A DNA stretch of 64,000 bases, from assembly GCA_002633005.1 (NCBI GenBank), contig NMRA01000434.1, forward strand, positions 262,001-326,000, written 5' to 3'. Below the pieces are notes generated by a model. It did no database searches and was not told the origin of the DNA. It saw nothing but the letters and a program-made list of their open reading frames with translations. Below are positions 1 through 12,308 of this stretch, piece by piece; position 1 is the first letter of the stretch, and every line of letters starts with the position of its first letter. The stretch is from Phoronis australis. Taxonomy: Eukaryota; Animalia; Phoronida. The translations under genes and the position numbers were made by a program.

Positions 1-1160
1 GAAGATACAAAGGTAAGCGTAAAAAAATTTAAATTGCCACTAGGGGGCACACCGGTAGTCGAATCCGTCCAAAATTCGTCATCTTCCGTTGTTAACATCA
101 TATAAATATACTTACACAATTTTGTAAAAAATCCTGCGAACGGTTTAGGAGATACAGTCATAGGCGCAAAAAAACAAAACTGCCACTAGGAGGCGCCATA
201 GTAGTCGAAATTGCTGGAAAATCATCGTAAACCGTCCTCTACATAGTAAGCATATACATGCCAATTTTCACAATCATCCTTTGAGCGGTTTGGTTGATAG
301 ATGGGAGGACGCACAAAAACAGACTCGAAAACACTAAAAATGGCCACTAGGTGGCGCAAACTATGTCGAATCCATCTGAAAACGGCAGGATAGCGTCATC
401 TCACTAATAGGTGCCTACATATCAAATTTCATGAAAATTCGTTCAGGACTTTTGAAGATACAAAGGTAAGCGTAAAAAACTAAAATTGCCACTAGGGGAC
501 ACACCGGTAGTCGGATCCGTCCGAAAGTTCGCACATGCCGTCCCATTCATGAATGGAACACATGTGCCAAATTTCATGAACATGTGTCAAAGGGTTTTGG
601 AGATAAGGCAGCGGACGCCGGACGGACGCCGCCCGGACGGATGGACGGACGGAGATGACGGCATAATGCGTCCACATATAAATATGTGGGCGCATATAAA
701 CTAAAATTGGCACTAGCAGGAACACTGGTGAAAAGAGCTGTGCGAAAGTTGTCGTCGTCCGTTGCCAACATCATATAAATACACTTGCTAAATTTAGTTA
801 AGATCCTGCAAACGGTTTAGGAGATACAGCCATGGGCACAAAAACAAAACAAAACTGCCACTAGGAAGCGCCAAAGTAGTCATAGTCTATAGATGCCTAT
901 ATTCCAAATTTTGTGAAAATACGTTGAGGACCTCCGAAGATACAGAGGTAAGCGTAAGAACTAAAATTGCCACTAGGGGGCACACCGGCAGTGGGAAAGG
1001 TCCGAAATTTGTCATCATGCTTCGTCAGCTTGATAAGACCACATCTGCCAAATCTCATCAAGATCCTGTGAGGGTTTAGGAGATACAGCTGCGAACGCCA
1101 GACGCTCGGACAGAGATGTCAGCAATATGCGACCACATATAAATATGTGGGCGCATAATA
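1..1160 (+). mobile_element. Two tandem Helentron-associated (HINE/DINE-1-like) non-autonomous elements with internal ~150-bp tandem repeats (left end outside the window)
   Basis: Diverged ~145-160 bp units (gccactagg..., ccaaatttc..., gagatac), a (GGAC)n-like microsatellite at ~612-652, and a 3' hairpin atgcg(t/a)ccacatat-aa-atatgtgggcgcat at 666-695, repeated at 1127-1156. Tandem array plus microsatellite plus terminal palindrome is the HINE architecture. Confidence 0.6.
36..983 (+). promoter_or_regulatory. Array of co-oriented CTCF-like motifs inside the repeat units
   Basis: gccactagggggcac (36-50, 969-983), gccactaggaggcgc (182-196), gccactaggtggcgc (343-357); degenerate copies at 488, 709 and 857. 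These match the CTCF core CCAC/GYAGRKGGCR. Confidence 0.5.
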
Positions 1161-2450
1161 AGGACATCTTACATGAAAAACAAAATGTTTTACCATCACA
1201 AAGTTTGGTAAGTTGATCGTTTAATAACTAGGAGAAACACCGCTGTTTTGTGACGTTTTATGACGTGTCATGATGTGGTCCGAAACTTTCTTCGGCGCAT
1301 CGGGAAATTTGCAAAAGTAACCGAAAATGTTAGCCAATGAAACGCATCAAAGATTGATTCTGCATTTTTCCACGTTCATGTGACATATTTATAAGTCATC
1401 TGGATGGCTGTTCTCGGTTAGTGTTCTTTCGAACTTGATTTGGCAACAACCAAATAACGGTCGGATTCACACGAGTTGTTTTATATTTGCCAAGTATCTG
1501 TCGAGAAGTGTAAAAACTCAGCTTGCATACGTTGGAAATTCCAGGTAGCATATTGCGACTTGATACGAGCTGACAAAAATCTCAGCTTACATTTCCAAAT
1601 TTTTAGACACAAATGCGACCTACAGCTCATTATGTCGAGCCCTATGGGGCCCTGTTTTGCGCGCGGGGGCCCTCAGCTGTTTCTCAGTAGCTTTAATGGA
1701 TAATCCAGCACTGGTTTCATTTGAGATTGGAAATGAAACCTTGGTCATTACTTCTATTTTCATTATTTAATTTCCACTGTACAATGAACTATTGACTATC
1801 CTCTCTCAATGAGCTGCCTCCTCTAATAGCACTGGGAAAGGGTGCATAACATTAAATGCCTGTTCACTTTCTTGACGTTCCTGAGTTTTTAGTAGCATTA
1901 GATGATTACGCTTCGTTCTCCAAAAACAGTCGTTTTTCTGCCATTCTCGTGCATATAGAAAACGTGATAGCTCACACATCTACTTTTACATCAACGTGTA
2001 ACCATACAGTGGGCGCAGGTGCAGTCTGATCCCTGGGAGAACTCCCGACGTGGTAATGAAGTGTCTGGGTACATTTTTGCAACACCCTGTACACATAGGC
2101 CCATCAAAGTGGTGATGTCACATAATCTACCACTCTGGCAAGTAACACTCAAGTGTCAATGCAAAACTTCTTCTTTGACAATTCTACGAAAATTAATTAC
2201 GGAAAACGGCGGGGATTCAAAGGTGTCAAACATATTGACACATCCTCCAATACTTCATCAATATTGTGAAAAGCTGGGGATTATATAATTAACCACTTGT
2301 CCCACTCACATTTTTACACCTCATGTCTTGTCAGTTTCCTTATGTTCTTTATTCCATTTACCTTGTAATTATCGTTTCATTGTAATTGTGTGAAGGCCTT
2401 GGTGGAAAGCGGTCATTGACTCAAGAAGGCTACCATCTCGAAATATATTT

Positions 2451-2531
2451 ACATATGACCAAGGGTTACCAAAGTGAAAATACCAAAATATACATATGAC
2501 CAAGGGTTACCAAAGTGAAAATAACAAAATA
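2451..2531. repeat. 41-bp tandem duplication
   Basis: acatatgaccaagggttaccaaagtgaaaata(c/a)caaaata occurs twice in tandem. Confidence 0.9.
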
Positions 2532-3142
2532 GTAGCAGTTTTAATAATATTTCCCCCTTCGTTGTAAAAAATCTTTAATTCTGTTAGAACAACAACAAAA
2601 CATATCCAACAGGCTAAGAATGATGCTGGTGAACACGTAGCGACACCTTTTGGTTACCAGGAAATCAATATTATTGGGAAAAGTGAGACAAAGAGGAAGA
2701 ACATTTCTAACTCTATCTTTAGTCACTTCCACTTAGCAAAAAGGTTTGCCAAAGATTTGGACTCGATCGGGAATCAACAAAATTTTACAAGGAAGCAAGA
2801 AATGTTAAGTATTTTGCGAAAAGAAGCATCCTGTGGTCCAAAATCAACAGCAAACCGAGACACATTTCCCACAAGCAGTTTTAACAAGGGTGCATGAGTT
2901 TGTTGCTTTTAATTAAAGATGCATTTCATCATGTTAAGCTGGATAAAAAACAAAAATCGATTAAGGCTCTGAACTCTTATAAATCTGATTCAAAATTTTC
3001 CTTACCACAATGGGACTTATCCGTTACCAAGAAGACCACCCAAACGTAACCCTCATCCGGTCAAAAAGATTATTGGAAAATCATTGACTTCACCGAGGTT
3101 GGCCGATAGGAAACTGTCAGACATTATGCTTCATGCACTGTT

Positions 3143-4042
3143 AAGGTAAATCTCAAACCTTATTTAGTGGCCTCCATTCTAAGTGGTATATCAAAAAACT
3201 GGCTCTGTCAACTAGTAAAAGTATATATTTTCTGAAAGAAAAAAGTTATGTGTCATTATTATTACTATTATTATTACTATTACTATTATTATTATTATTA
3301 TTATTATGTGAACACCTTCTTTAACTTAAAATTCTATGTTTAAGAAAGGTATATTCATAGCAAAATAACCCCTCAGTCAAATTTAATGAAACCGTTTTTA
3401 AACGAAAACTTCACAAGTTACCTCAAAAATGCTGTTAGGAATTTTCAATTACCATTTTTGTTTGATTTCTATGACAAATCAAATCGCAAAAGGTAAGGTA
3501 TTTTTGAAAAAAATAGAACTTGTATTCCTCTTTGTTACATTACACAAAAACTACGCCTTTATAACAAAAATCCTACAAGTGTTTTTGAGATTGCTGAATA
3601 TAGTTTGGAAAGTTTCAGCAAAATCCACCAAGCCCTTTTTGAGAACTTATGTTCCTAACTTCAAACTAAATTGATTTGCCAAAACCGAGAACCAGAGCAG
3701 TAAAAAATTGCATATAATGAAAACAAAATAATTTAGAAAACTGTAAGGGTTTTTTGTGATTTCACTTTGCATATTTATATCAAATGAACACCGGTTGTGC
3801 TATTGTTACCATGGTTTTGCTATGACTGTATCTTTTTACAAAATTGCACTAAAAGTACATGGTCACATGATCAAACTACTGGCAGAATGGTATTAAGTTA
3901 AAAATTTAATTCTACAGGCCTTGTATTTCAGAAAATACGTACTTTCACAAAACTTAACTCTATAGTTTTGTAGATATTGGGCTAAGCCTAGACTTGTGAA
4001 ATGGTCTTACATAATCACCCCATTCAATGACACTATTTACCT
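3143..4042. mobile_element. Non-autonomous DNA transposon/MITE (Kolobok-like, TTAA-flanked)
   Basis: Ends are ttaaggtaaat...atttaccttc. The 5' ~280 bp is shared with 41346-41614. Contains a (TAT/TAC)n microsatellite at ~3255-3307. Confidence 0.55.
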
Positions 4043-7010
4043 TCAATAAAAGATGTAGTGGTACATACAAGAGCAACACTACTTTCACAACAGTTGCACC
4101 AAGTTGTACACACCAGTCTATTGGTTTATCCAGACACATTTTTCCTCCTAATTAAGCCAATTGTTCCACTTCTTTGATTTCTCACAGGCGAAAACATTCT
4201 TCATCCAGGACCAGCCAAAAGCGGTCTTGGAGTAACATAAACAGAAATATTTTGCACTACTTTAAAATTAAACATTCAAATGCACTCCACTAGCTAATCA
4301 CGCTTTCATTCAAGTGGTTGAAAACGGTCGTTCCATACGGAGAAGTAAATTTTTTATTTTCTGTTATGACTATAAAACTGGTCTCAACTTGCTCCTTACT
4401 CTGGTAAGAAGTGACTCCTAGGATTGAAAAAACTGATAGTTCTCTGTCCTCTAAGACCAAGTTTGATGTGTAAATTGACCAAACGTGACCAGCCAACTTG
4501 TAGAACCTGGTTTAAGTTTCGTCTAAGCCCTGAAGTCAGGAACAATTTGAGACCAATTTCATAACTGTCTTAGTTGTCTTAATCCAAAGTTTCTGTGATG
4601 GGTGCTTGAGAGTCATTTAATACAAAGTGGCCGCGAACGGAGGGGGTTGGTTCATTGCCAGGACATTTGTCTGGGTCTGCACCTACAAGGGGCACTGGAA
4701 GAACTTTTCCTCGTTGTTTTTTAGCATTGAGTAGAACACTGACTTACATGAAGTTCTGTTCGGAGCATGATCGAACACTTCCAGTTACCTTAATTGTTAA
4801 TTATATTTTGCTCTGGGAATGGCAAAACTTATTTCAGAGAATTACTAGATTACCTCACCAATTCCTTGGAGGTTCCACTAGGTTTGATAAGTGGCTGTTC
4901 CTATAGTGCCACTTGTTGAGGGGACACATGTGGAGCCAAAACAAAAGAATGGAACACAACAGCAGGACCCTCACTAATCTCTGTTAATTCACACATTTGG
5001 GACTGAGAACACCAATCAAAAAGATGTGCTGTTCCAAGGAAATAAACCTCCCAACTGAAGTAATTACCGTGCTGTCTCACAACCAAACAGTACAAGGTGA
5101 CAAGTTTAGTGATATTAACAAAAAGTTACTAGAAGCCAGAAGCAGTTCATATACGAGGTTATTTTTGTAATAACTGCGATAGAAAATTCAAATTCTTTAA
5201 ACAAGCAAAAGTAAACTCAAAATTGATTGGTTTTTAACATAAATATGTTTAATCCCTTAGAAGGATACTAAACCCTAGTTTGATGATTTCAACCATTCCT
5301 CATTCAGTCACCTGCTAATGGATCATTGGCGTCAATCTTGAAAGACACACAACTAAAAACTCATACTCATTATGACACAGATTGGCTATTATGGTTCCTG
5401 GTGGATTTTATTTTCCCAGTTGCTTGTAGTTCACTGAAAGTGAAGGCCACGTTTGCCCGTTCATCATATTTCCAAAGGAGTTTTCAAATTTTCCTCCTTA
5501 CTGTTGAGGGTTGTTGAGGGTTGTCAAGGGTTACAAAGCATTACTTTGTTTCAGAGAATTGGACATAAAGTTGTTTAAATGTCTGTTAATAGGCCACAAC
5601 CTGGTTTGGTTTCCTTTTAAATAAAACCATGTGTACAAAAATACCAGGACTGCGTTCCACTGAGGCAGAAAACTCACGAAAAAACAAGATCCTGCAAGAC
5701 CTTGAGCAAACTCACGCAAGTGAAAGAATATGCTAGGGATTTCACAAGCATACACTAACAAAATGGCAGCTATGGATGTGACAGGTTAAATCACAGCACT
5801 AATTTCAACATTTCCTTTTCATAAACAAATATTTCTTGGTGCAACTGCATCACGACAGTCCTACTGAAGTCTATAGCACACAACCCAGCTTGCAATCTTC
5901 ACTTTCATGAAATTTGTTTGCCACTATTAAGAAGGAAACCTCTAAAAGTTTAAGGGCGCGGGTCTTAAGTCTTGCGCCATGGGTTTGGTGTCTGCTGGTC
6001 TGGTACTGGAGTTCAGAGGCTCGAATCATGGAGTTGTTTCTGTACGGTGATTGAACATAAAAATCTTAGCTTTAGAACGCAATCACATTTTATGCCGTCA
6101 TCCGTTCACCTACAGTGACATTTTGGTCGATATCAGTCTGATCGACATATATAATCATTCATGGAAAACTTCTTTAGATCATTTATCATTGCTTAAAGAT
6201 AAGGGAACGATTGCACTGTATTTGTCCCTGATGGTGAAGATACGATAGTCTTCCATTTGGCAGAGTTTAGTGGAAATGAATTGTGCAGTATTTGAGTGTA
6301 TAACGGATGGGACATACCGCAGAAATACCTAAGAAATTATGCAAATTATAAGGATTGATGTTAAACTTTGCACGAGAAATTATATCAACTATTACTTGAA
6401 TGAGAATTCTAATAGACTACATTTATGTCATATCACTTCGTACCATTCATATGAATTCACAGAAATGGTTGATATGATCAACAAAAAATGCCTGCATAAT
6501 AACACCACCACCAAAAGCAATGACGCTGATAAATTATTCTCTTGAATCCATTCCTAGTAACACAATAATACCCCTAACTAATATGAACATGCCAGGTTAC
6601 ATCCCAATCCCTCACCTATCCCAAAGCCTCCAGGGCACGGTAGACTGATGTACATCTTCACTGGTTAACGCATGAACATGGTATTCTATTATCATTGAGA
6701 AATGCTGCAAATGTCAAGCAGCAATGGAGCTCATTCAAGAATAATCCAATCCAGAACAATGTAGCACATCTTCCTAAACCAAGAAATTCAAGTTTGTTGG
6801 ATGACACCTAGATGAACCAAACAGCGTACTCACATTAAAGTTATATACCACCTCTGCAAACAAGCAAGTTAATGGAAGTTTTACAATTAAGGTTTTCAAT
6901 ATGGACTGTTGACCACCTTGGTAATATGGGCATAAGATACTGCTAAAAAGTTTGTGAAATTGTGGCTTATAAGGAAATATTCCCCAGTGCGTACTAGGCC
7001 CTATTTAGTA

Positions 7011-9495
7011 CTGTAAACTCGCGGGTTAACGCCCTAGGTGCTTAAATTGGGAAGCCCTGAGGCAGGGGGTGGCAGATTACTCAAGCAGTGGGCGCTTAAA
7101 CCGAAAATTGGCAAAAAATCTGGGGTGGGCGATTACCAAAGCAGTGGGCGCTTATGTCCAAGTTTTAGCCGAATCAGGCAAGCGTGGGGGTGTTCATTCG
7201 AGCACGGTCAATCAGCGGAACCCAACAACCACAAAGTTTTTCACTCCTCAAACAAAAACAAGATTTCGACTTTGAAAGGGTGATTTCACGAGAACATTGT
7301 TAAAAACTGAGATGCTTTCAAATATATTAGTGCATTGCAAAATGTCATTCCACAAAGCTTCATGAAACTTGAATGGCAGTCCAATTATCGTATCAGCAAG
7401 TACTGTTTCAGATCAGTGAACAGGACTACATTTCATTTCCTGGATTAAAAACAAGGATGATTCGTTCCCGGCCGACACAAACCATTTGCAATTACAACAA
7501 GAGGAGAGTGAAAACAGTGGCTAGATTCAAATCTGGGTTGATCCAAGAGATAAATCTATCAAAATCACATGCTCTCTGCGTGTAATTACGAGAGGGGGGT
7601 TTGATTAATTGGTCAATTCAAATCTGGCTCAACCTAGCAAAATCACGTGCTCCGTCTGAAAATACATGACGATGTCTCGAAGTCTGTTCTCGCCAAACAC
7701 TCAAAAAACTTGCTTTGCCAGTCAGCCGATGTATCGTGGAACAGGCCTTTTAAAAACGAAATGCACCGACAATACAAGGCCTGGCGACAACTTCTGCGTA
7801 GAACTGCTCAAGATAACTTGCTGGTGGCCTCCAGACAAAACATCATTAACTGGGTCAGAAGAGCGTAGAATGCCGTGAGCGAGGACGTCATCAAAAATAG
7901 TTTTCAAACAGTTTTCAGAAAAATAGTTTAGATGGCAGTGAAGACAACCTGTTGGATGATCGGCTTGCTGACAGTCTCAACATTGTCGACCGGGACACCA
8001 ATATGGGCCGAGTGGCTGTTGACTTGGTATTTAACGAAGAGAAATCAGACTCCGATGAGTTCGAGGGTTTCTCCGAGGACGATTAAAATTACTTGACTGT
8101 AAAATATTGATTGAAGACCGTATAAGTGCAAAAAACGTGTTGACCTTTTTGTTGCGTAAGTTTACCTGTTGTAAGATAGAAGTGCAGTGGAATTGTCAGT
8201 GATGTTTCTTGCAGTGTTAGTAAAACAAACGTTTATTGTATTCTCAATGACGTCTTGTGATTTCTTCACAGTTGCAAAGGTCAACACGGCGACTTAGATA
8301 AAAGGCAGCGCACACGTAGGATACAGCACGCTAACATTTTGAGTTTAGTTAATAGCAAGTTGCGTACGAGTTCCATTCACGCTGCCGAACAACACATTGA
8401 AAACACCACACTGAAAACACCCATATCGATTTACTAGCACAAACATTTTGTGTATTCATGCATTATTAGCCGATTACTGCTTCCCTCTCCAGCACATCTG
8501 TACACTACTTTACTGTTTGAACATTTAATGCGATAGTGATACATCGCAACACAACAGGCCTAATATTTGCAAGGTGCACTCCTAAAATTTGTACACGCGA
8601 ACAATGTCACAGCCTGATCGAGATTATTGTTTCTCACCGCAGGTTTACCGATGTTGTCACTAAACATGCAAGGAAGGAGGCAGAGAAAAAACAAAATAAC
8701 TGACCTGTGTTCCCCACCAAGTTAGCGTGGTAAAGAGGAATTCCTGAATGTCCCAATGGGTTATTGCTTGTACGGATTTTTGACATTTTTTCTTTCAGAA
8801 ACAGCCGGATACCGGGGCAGAGGTAATAAAAAGCTGGAAGTGCGAATTGTTTTTTTCCAACATCAGGACGACAAATCGGTAACTTAATCAGTAAATTAAA
8901 AAAATCACCTTGGGTACGTGTTTGGAGCATACGGCCCATGACTATCGTGGTTCCAGGAAGGGGAGGACATTCATTCGGTTGGCTATGAATATGAATTTAT
9001 GCACCCAAAAGACCTCCGTGTGTCCTGTGCACTTGTCACCAAAAATTATGCCATGTCGCCACAAGGGGGCTCTGAACAATGACTAATCTCATAGTTGAAA
9101 AGCGCAACTTCTATAAAAATCTACAGAGTAGGCCTATATTAATTTAACAAAAGATCGGTTGATAAGTTAAAAAGGTATTTGCAGCACTTGAGTTATTCCA
9201 CAAATGCCGACTGAAAAACATATTTTTAAGACAATTGTACGCAGGTGTAAGCATGCCGTGTTTCAAGCAAACACGGAAGTCTGAGCCCGAGGCAATCGCT
9301 GTGAACAAAAGCATGAGTTCAAGCGCAAGTTCTGTAAGCTGTAAGTTGGGGATGGGCGGTACCTCAGAGGTGGGCGCTTAAGTGGAAATTTGCAGAGAGT
9401 AGGGCATGGGCAATTCTCAAGCAGTGGACGCTTAAACCGAAAATTGACAAAAAGTCGGGAATGGGCGACCCAGGCATTAACCCGCCAGTTTACGG
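7011..9495 (+). mobile_element. Decayed pogo/Tigger-like (Tc1/mariner superfamily) DNA transposon
   Basis: TIRs ctgtaaactcgcgggttaacgccc / ggcattaacccgccagtttacgg, TA on the left flank, a subterminal repeat ctcaagcagtgg(g/a)cgcttaaaccgaaaattg at both ends (~7080 and ~9416), and an internal transposase remnant. Confidence 0.8.
7710..8086 (+). pseudogene. pogo-like DDE_1 transposase C-terminal remnant
   Basis: LCQSADVSWNRPFKNEMHRQYKAW...SRQNIINWVRRA*NAVSEDVIKNSF...LDGSEDNLL...SDSDEFEGFSEDD*. Resembles the QPLDVSVNKPFK...W...IIKSF...LDGSED tail of pogo transposases, with an in-frame stop. Confidence 0.8.
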
Positions 9496-12308
9496 TTGTT
9501 ACTTCAGCAGCCTACACTAATACATTACCAGTTACGAGTAGTTAGTATAAATAGTAGATATCAAAGCATGACGTCTATCAACTCCCACGCCACAGGATCA
9601 ACACTCGGGCACTCAGACATGTTAAAAATGACTGAGAAACTTCACCTAAAGCAAATTTACAGGAGTACCGCCAGAGTGAAATATCAATAGCTGCATGTCA
9701 TTGATAAAATATGAGTTCATAGTGAATGCCATCTAAAGCCATATACGTTTGCAGAATGTTAGATGAAGTCATTCAGAACAACTGTGTCCTTAAACAAAAT
9801 TTCTGTAAAACAGGAATTGTTCCTGAGCGAGCAATTTCAACATCTCAGCAATGAACATGATCTTGAAAAAAAGAACAGCACAGAACTAATTTGACCTTCA
9901 CTTTCAGAATTATGTGTTAGACGTAATTATGTATGACTCTGATGGGTTTGTAAGTCTGGGAGTGGCCAAAGTGGCTCTATACACCAGTTATTTCTAGTAC
10001 TAGCTCACGTGTGAAAAGAAATGATCAATGTAGCCAGTCACTTATATTCTACTACACACTGCTAACAGTACGGTGAACTACGGTAATTCATTGATGAATG
10101 AAAATACACCAAGAATGACCTTAGTTCACTCAACTAACATCACCAATGACTCCAACCTTTTGAGTGGTGACCCTATGCCTCTCCAGTAGATCCAAAACTG
10201 ATGACATTCCCTTGTTCTTGGACAGTTCCAATAGTCAGTCACACATAGGTAAAATGATTGTCTATTGCTTTAAATACAATGTTTGCTCAAGATGTAAATT
10301 TGAGCCTTCAGAGGTGATCGCCAGATAGCCTCACAGTTGCTTGAACTATGACCTGTGCCAGATATCTGATTAATACAGGGTTGACAAAAGGAAAGGTCTT
10401 ATGTGCAACTCCTGGGAAGTTGTACAGTGCAGCTGAAGTCAGTACTGTTTGAAGAGTTACACATTGCATCACGGAGATATCAAAATCAATTAAATTTCAA
10501 AATATGCATTTAAAATTTTTAGACACTTGTAATATATCTTAGAAGTATACCATTTGAGGATGTGTTTTACATAAGACTGGATGGTTTCAACGAAATTTAA
10601 GCTTTCACTTAGTATCAGTGATAAGAAGTACTTATTTGATCTCAGTTTCAGCAGATCAAAAATGTTCAGCTTAATTTGAATGAAGCAGTTTCTTGAGCCA
10701 AAAAAATCACACTGCTTAGCTTCACTCAAACAACAGTATACACATGGAAAAACAAAAGATGTTAACTTGCTTCTAATACATCAATTTTTGTGACAGTCGC
10801 AAAATTAAATCAACACAATCAATTCTCAACCATTTTGTGTAATGGGAAGTCCCAAAGTAAAAGTCACATTACCTTAAGTGTTTGAAGTATATGTTTACAT
10901 TTACCGTAAGTCATACTCACTGCTCTTAGAACAAGGATAGACATGAAAAATCATTCATGTCGCCATCACAAACGGTATTTAGCAAATCGACTTTCCCATA
11001 ATTGTAATTTATCAACAAGATATAGCACAAGAGGTCTTGATGCAATCAATGGGACTTCAGGAACTCTATTATCACATCAAGGAGCATTTCGCAGAAGTTG
11101 CGTTCAATCATCCCGGATTGTGAATTGTTGTGACTGAGTTAGCAGCTCAAGTCAAGCGCCAATTTTTAATTCACAATTCTTTGGCCAACTCCAAAAAATG
11201 TTGAAGCATTTTCTTGAGTCACTACTTTTGGTGTTCTTGTTGGTAACGGAAATCAAGTCCTGTCAAGGAATACAATACAGATTTTATGACTTAAATTGGC
11301 TTAATGCAGTTTTGGACAGCTAAATAGTGATGAAAATACGTAGTTCTAAGTCTCTACTTGTTGCAGTAGCAGCAGTAATCCACAAAGGCATTTCTCAACA
11401 CTAGATGGGGCTGTATAAAGATGCATTTCTCAACAAAGCAACCAATCGGAAAGCCTAGAAGTTGTACACTCTGGTGGGTCAATGACAGGCCTTCCACAAA
11501 ACTTGCTACTGCACTGGGATAAACCACATTATCGCACATCAAGAAACCTGGAACAAGTGCTTCACAAATCGTGGATCAAAACCTTCAATTGGAATGAATT
11601 GTGCTATATCAAGACAGGTCTACTGCATTGTACCGAACCATTCTAGAAACTTTCTAAAGCATCCATTAACTGAAGCTCTCTGTAACCAAGCCAATTTGTA
11701 CAGCCTATTTGGTCGGCTTGGCAATTGGGAATTCAGTATTAAAGTTTTGGAGTTGAACATAAAGAAGATTTGTAACGTGGTTTGACTGCATGCAGTCCAG
11801 CCATCGGTAAAGAGTAGGGCAGTTTAATACTAAAAGAGATTGCTGGTTCACTTATGTGAGAACGTTCGAGCATAAGGTGTGTCGGTGAAACGTGAAAATG
11901 GTGAAAACCGTCAAGTAGGGTAACTTCTTTCTTACGTGTTTGTTGTTCAGAAAATGAGGATTATAAAACAAATAAAGCAATCGCCTTGCACGCTAGTCAT
12001 TACCTTTTCCATTTTTCTATACATGTTTAAATAGCCTCAACAGTAGTGCGTCAGACTCCTTTACTTTTTAACAACGCTGTATTCGTACCGTTGTCCTTGG
12101 GCAAAGATTAGTGTCTGGGTTGCTTTAGTCACATGACCATAAGGGATTTTTTGTTTAACTATTTTATGTTAGTATTTTTGCAAACAAATGAGGGCTGTAA
12201 CATGCGAAATTGGGACTGAAGCATGCGTGGGTCAATTATTACTATATTATGGGCAATATCATCAATACTCGGTAAAAACCCATTATTTCTTGACAAACGA
12301 GATCCAAC

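Noticed and set aside
486-774. Short ORFs in the first kilobase
   Set aside because: They are products of the HINE repeat and the GGAC microsatellite.
5950-6035. tRNA or tRNA-derived SINE (ggctcgaatc B-box-like)
   Set aside because: No cloverleaf or convincing A box could be built.
1-12300. A FAM53 or other protein-coding gene upstream of Abraxas, expected from vertebrate synteny
   Set aside because: No exon with recognisable FAM53 or other protein motifs was found, and the candidate exons contain stops in all frames.
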